A DNA stretch of 64,000 nt from Desulfobulbus sp. (GTDB lineage: Bacteria; Desulfobacterota; Desulfobulbia; Desulfobulbales; Desulfobulbaceae). The stretch covers positions 1,567 to 65,566 of the forward strand of contig JBFJXW010000001.1 of NCBI GenBank assembly GCA_041622895.1, in the 5' to 3' direction. The translations under genes and the position numbers were made by a program. The notes beneath the pieces are model-generated. The model was not told the DNA's origin and searched no databases. It was given only the letters and a program-made list of their open reading frames with translations. The stretch's first letter is position 1. Every line of letters starts with the position of its first letter. Below are positions 63,657 to 64,000 of the stretch, in pieces.

Positions 63657-64000
63657 ATGAGAGTGTGGGATACAAGTCATCTGCTGGATACTATACCTTC
63701 GGACCGGACGGAATCCGAGCATGTATATGACTCCATGGACAGCCAGGCTAACCTGAGCAGTATCAGGCGCCATTTCAAACAGCTCCAGACCCGATTGATC
63801 CTGGGACTTATCCTCGGCTTTCTTCTTCCCAACGCCCTGCTGTCCACCTATTTCCATTTCCAATTCACCCACACGCTGAAGAAGAGTGCCATGCTCAATC
63901 TGGTGGCCATTGCGGAGAGTCAGAAAAACACCATTGACCTGTATCTGCAGGAACGGGTGGTCAACCTCTACAATCTGTTCCACAGCACGGATTTCACCCT
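63657..64000 (+). CDS. sensor histidine kinase, N-terminal part (paralog C; continues past window end)
   Basis: Open frame from the ATG at 63657 to the window end (no stop, so absent from the track). ...RLILGLILGFLLPNALLSTYF (TM) then LNLVAIAESQKNTIDLYLQERVVNLYNLF, which parallels ...TAENRRDAIDLFFNERIAQLFTV of paralog B. Start codon uncertain. Confidence 0.6.
   Translation, partial: MRVWDTSHLLDTIPSDRTESEHVYDSMDSQANLSSIRRHFKQLQTRLILGLILGFLLPNALLSTYFHFQFTHTLKKSAMLNLVAIAESQKNTIDLYLQERVVNLYNLFHSTDFT

Noticed and set aside
1-64000. CRISPR arrays, IS elements or transposases, prophage genes, toxin-antitoxin pairs or known defence systems.
   Set aside because: Reading all intergenic regions and ORF translations showed no spaced direct repeats, no DDE, tyrosine or serine recombinase motifs, and no recognisable defence-gene signatures. 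The HsdR-N-like protein lacks helicase and HsdM/S partners.

Overview
This is a 64-kb chromosomal window at roughly 55-60% GC (by eye). Gene content and synteny look deltaproteobacterial (Thermodesulfobacteriota; Desulfobulbales, Desulfuromonadales or Desulfovibrio-like). That placement is an inference from content, since there is no rRNA in the window.

Layout:
- 0-29 kb: tightly packed housekeeping genes. These are tal, a YHS protein and folK; dapB-dapA-dapF; a large lipoprotein; argH-argG-argF-(mntP)-argD-argB; lptA-lptB-rpoN-ptsN; class II DAHP synthase; prmA; tRNA-Asn; a Na/Pi cotransporter; prfC; an orphan B12-type radical-SAM gene; and single-chain purL.
- 29-43.6 kb: accessory-looking modules. 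These are a YfbK-like vWA lipoprotein divergent from an ECF-like sigma and anti-sigma pair; a GntR-betA-betB-ProX-like choline-to-betaine cluster; an iron-sulfur flavoprotein downstream of an NtrB/NtrC-type pair; and a fused membrane/spermidine-synthase-like protein.
- 43.9-64 kb: nhaB followed by a very signalling-dense region. It holds a sigma-54-promoted operon (two receiver proteins, a DASS/SLC13 permease, an unannotated 49-aa membrane peptide and Yip1). It also holds three paralogous Cache-type histidine kinases with output-less receivers. Two convergent, paralogous, membrane-anchored, receiver-less sigma-54 activators have degenerate GAFTGA loops and a non-Fis C-terminal winged helix.
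- 58.06-61.18 kb: a five-gene membrane/periplasmic operon of unknown function. It encodes a small signal-anchored protein, an oversized TauE/SafE permease, a lipoprotein, a 73-aa 2-TM protein and a 276-aa bitopic protein with a Cys/His tail.

The five-gene operon together with its unusual activators is my best candidate for an undescribed system.

I found no rRNA, CRISPR array, transposase or integrase, prophage, or recognisable defence genes. Most long ORFs antisense to the listed genes are high-GC shadow ORFs. All family assignments come from motifs read by eye and from memory of the families; none was verified by search.
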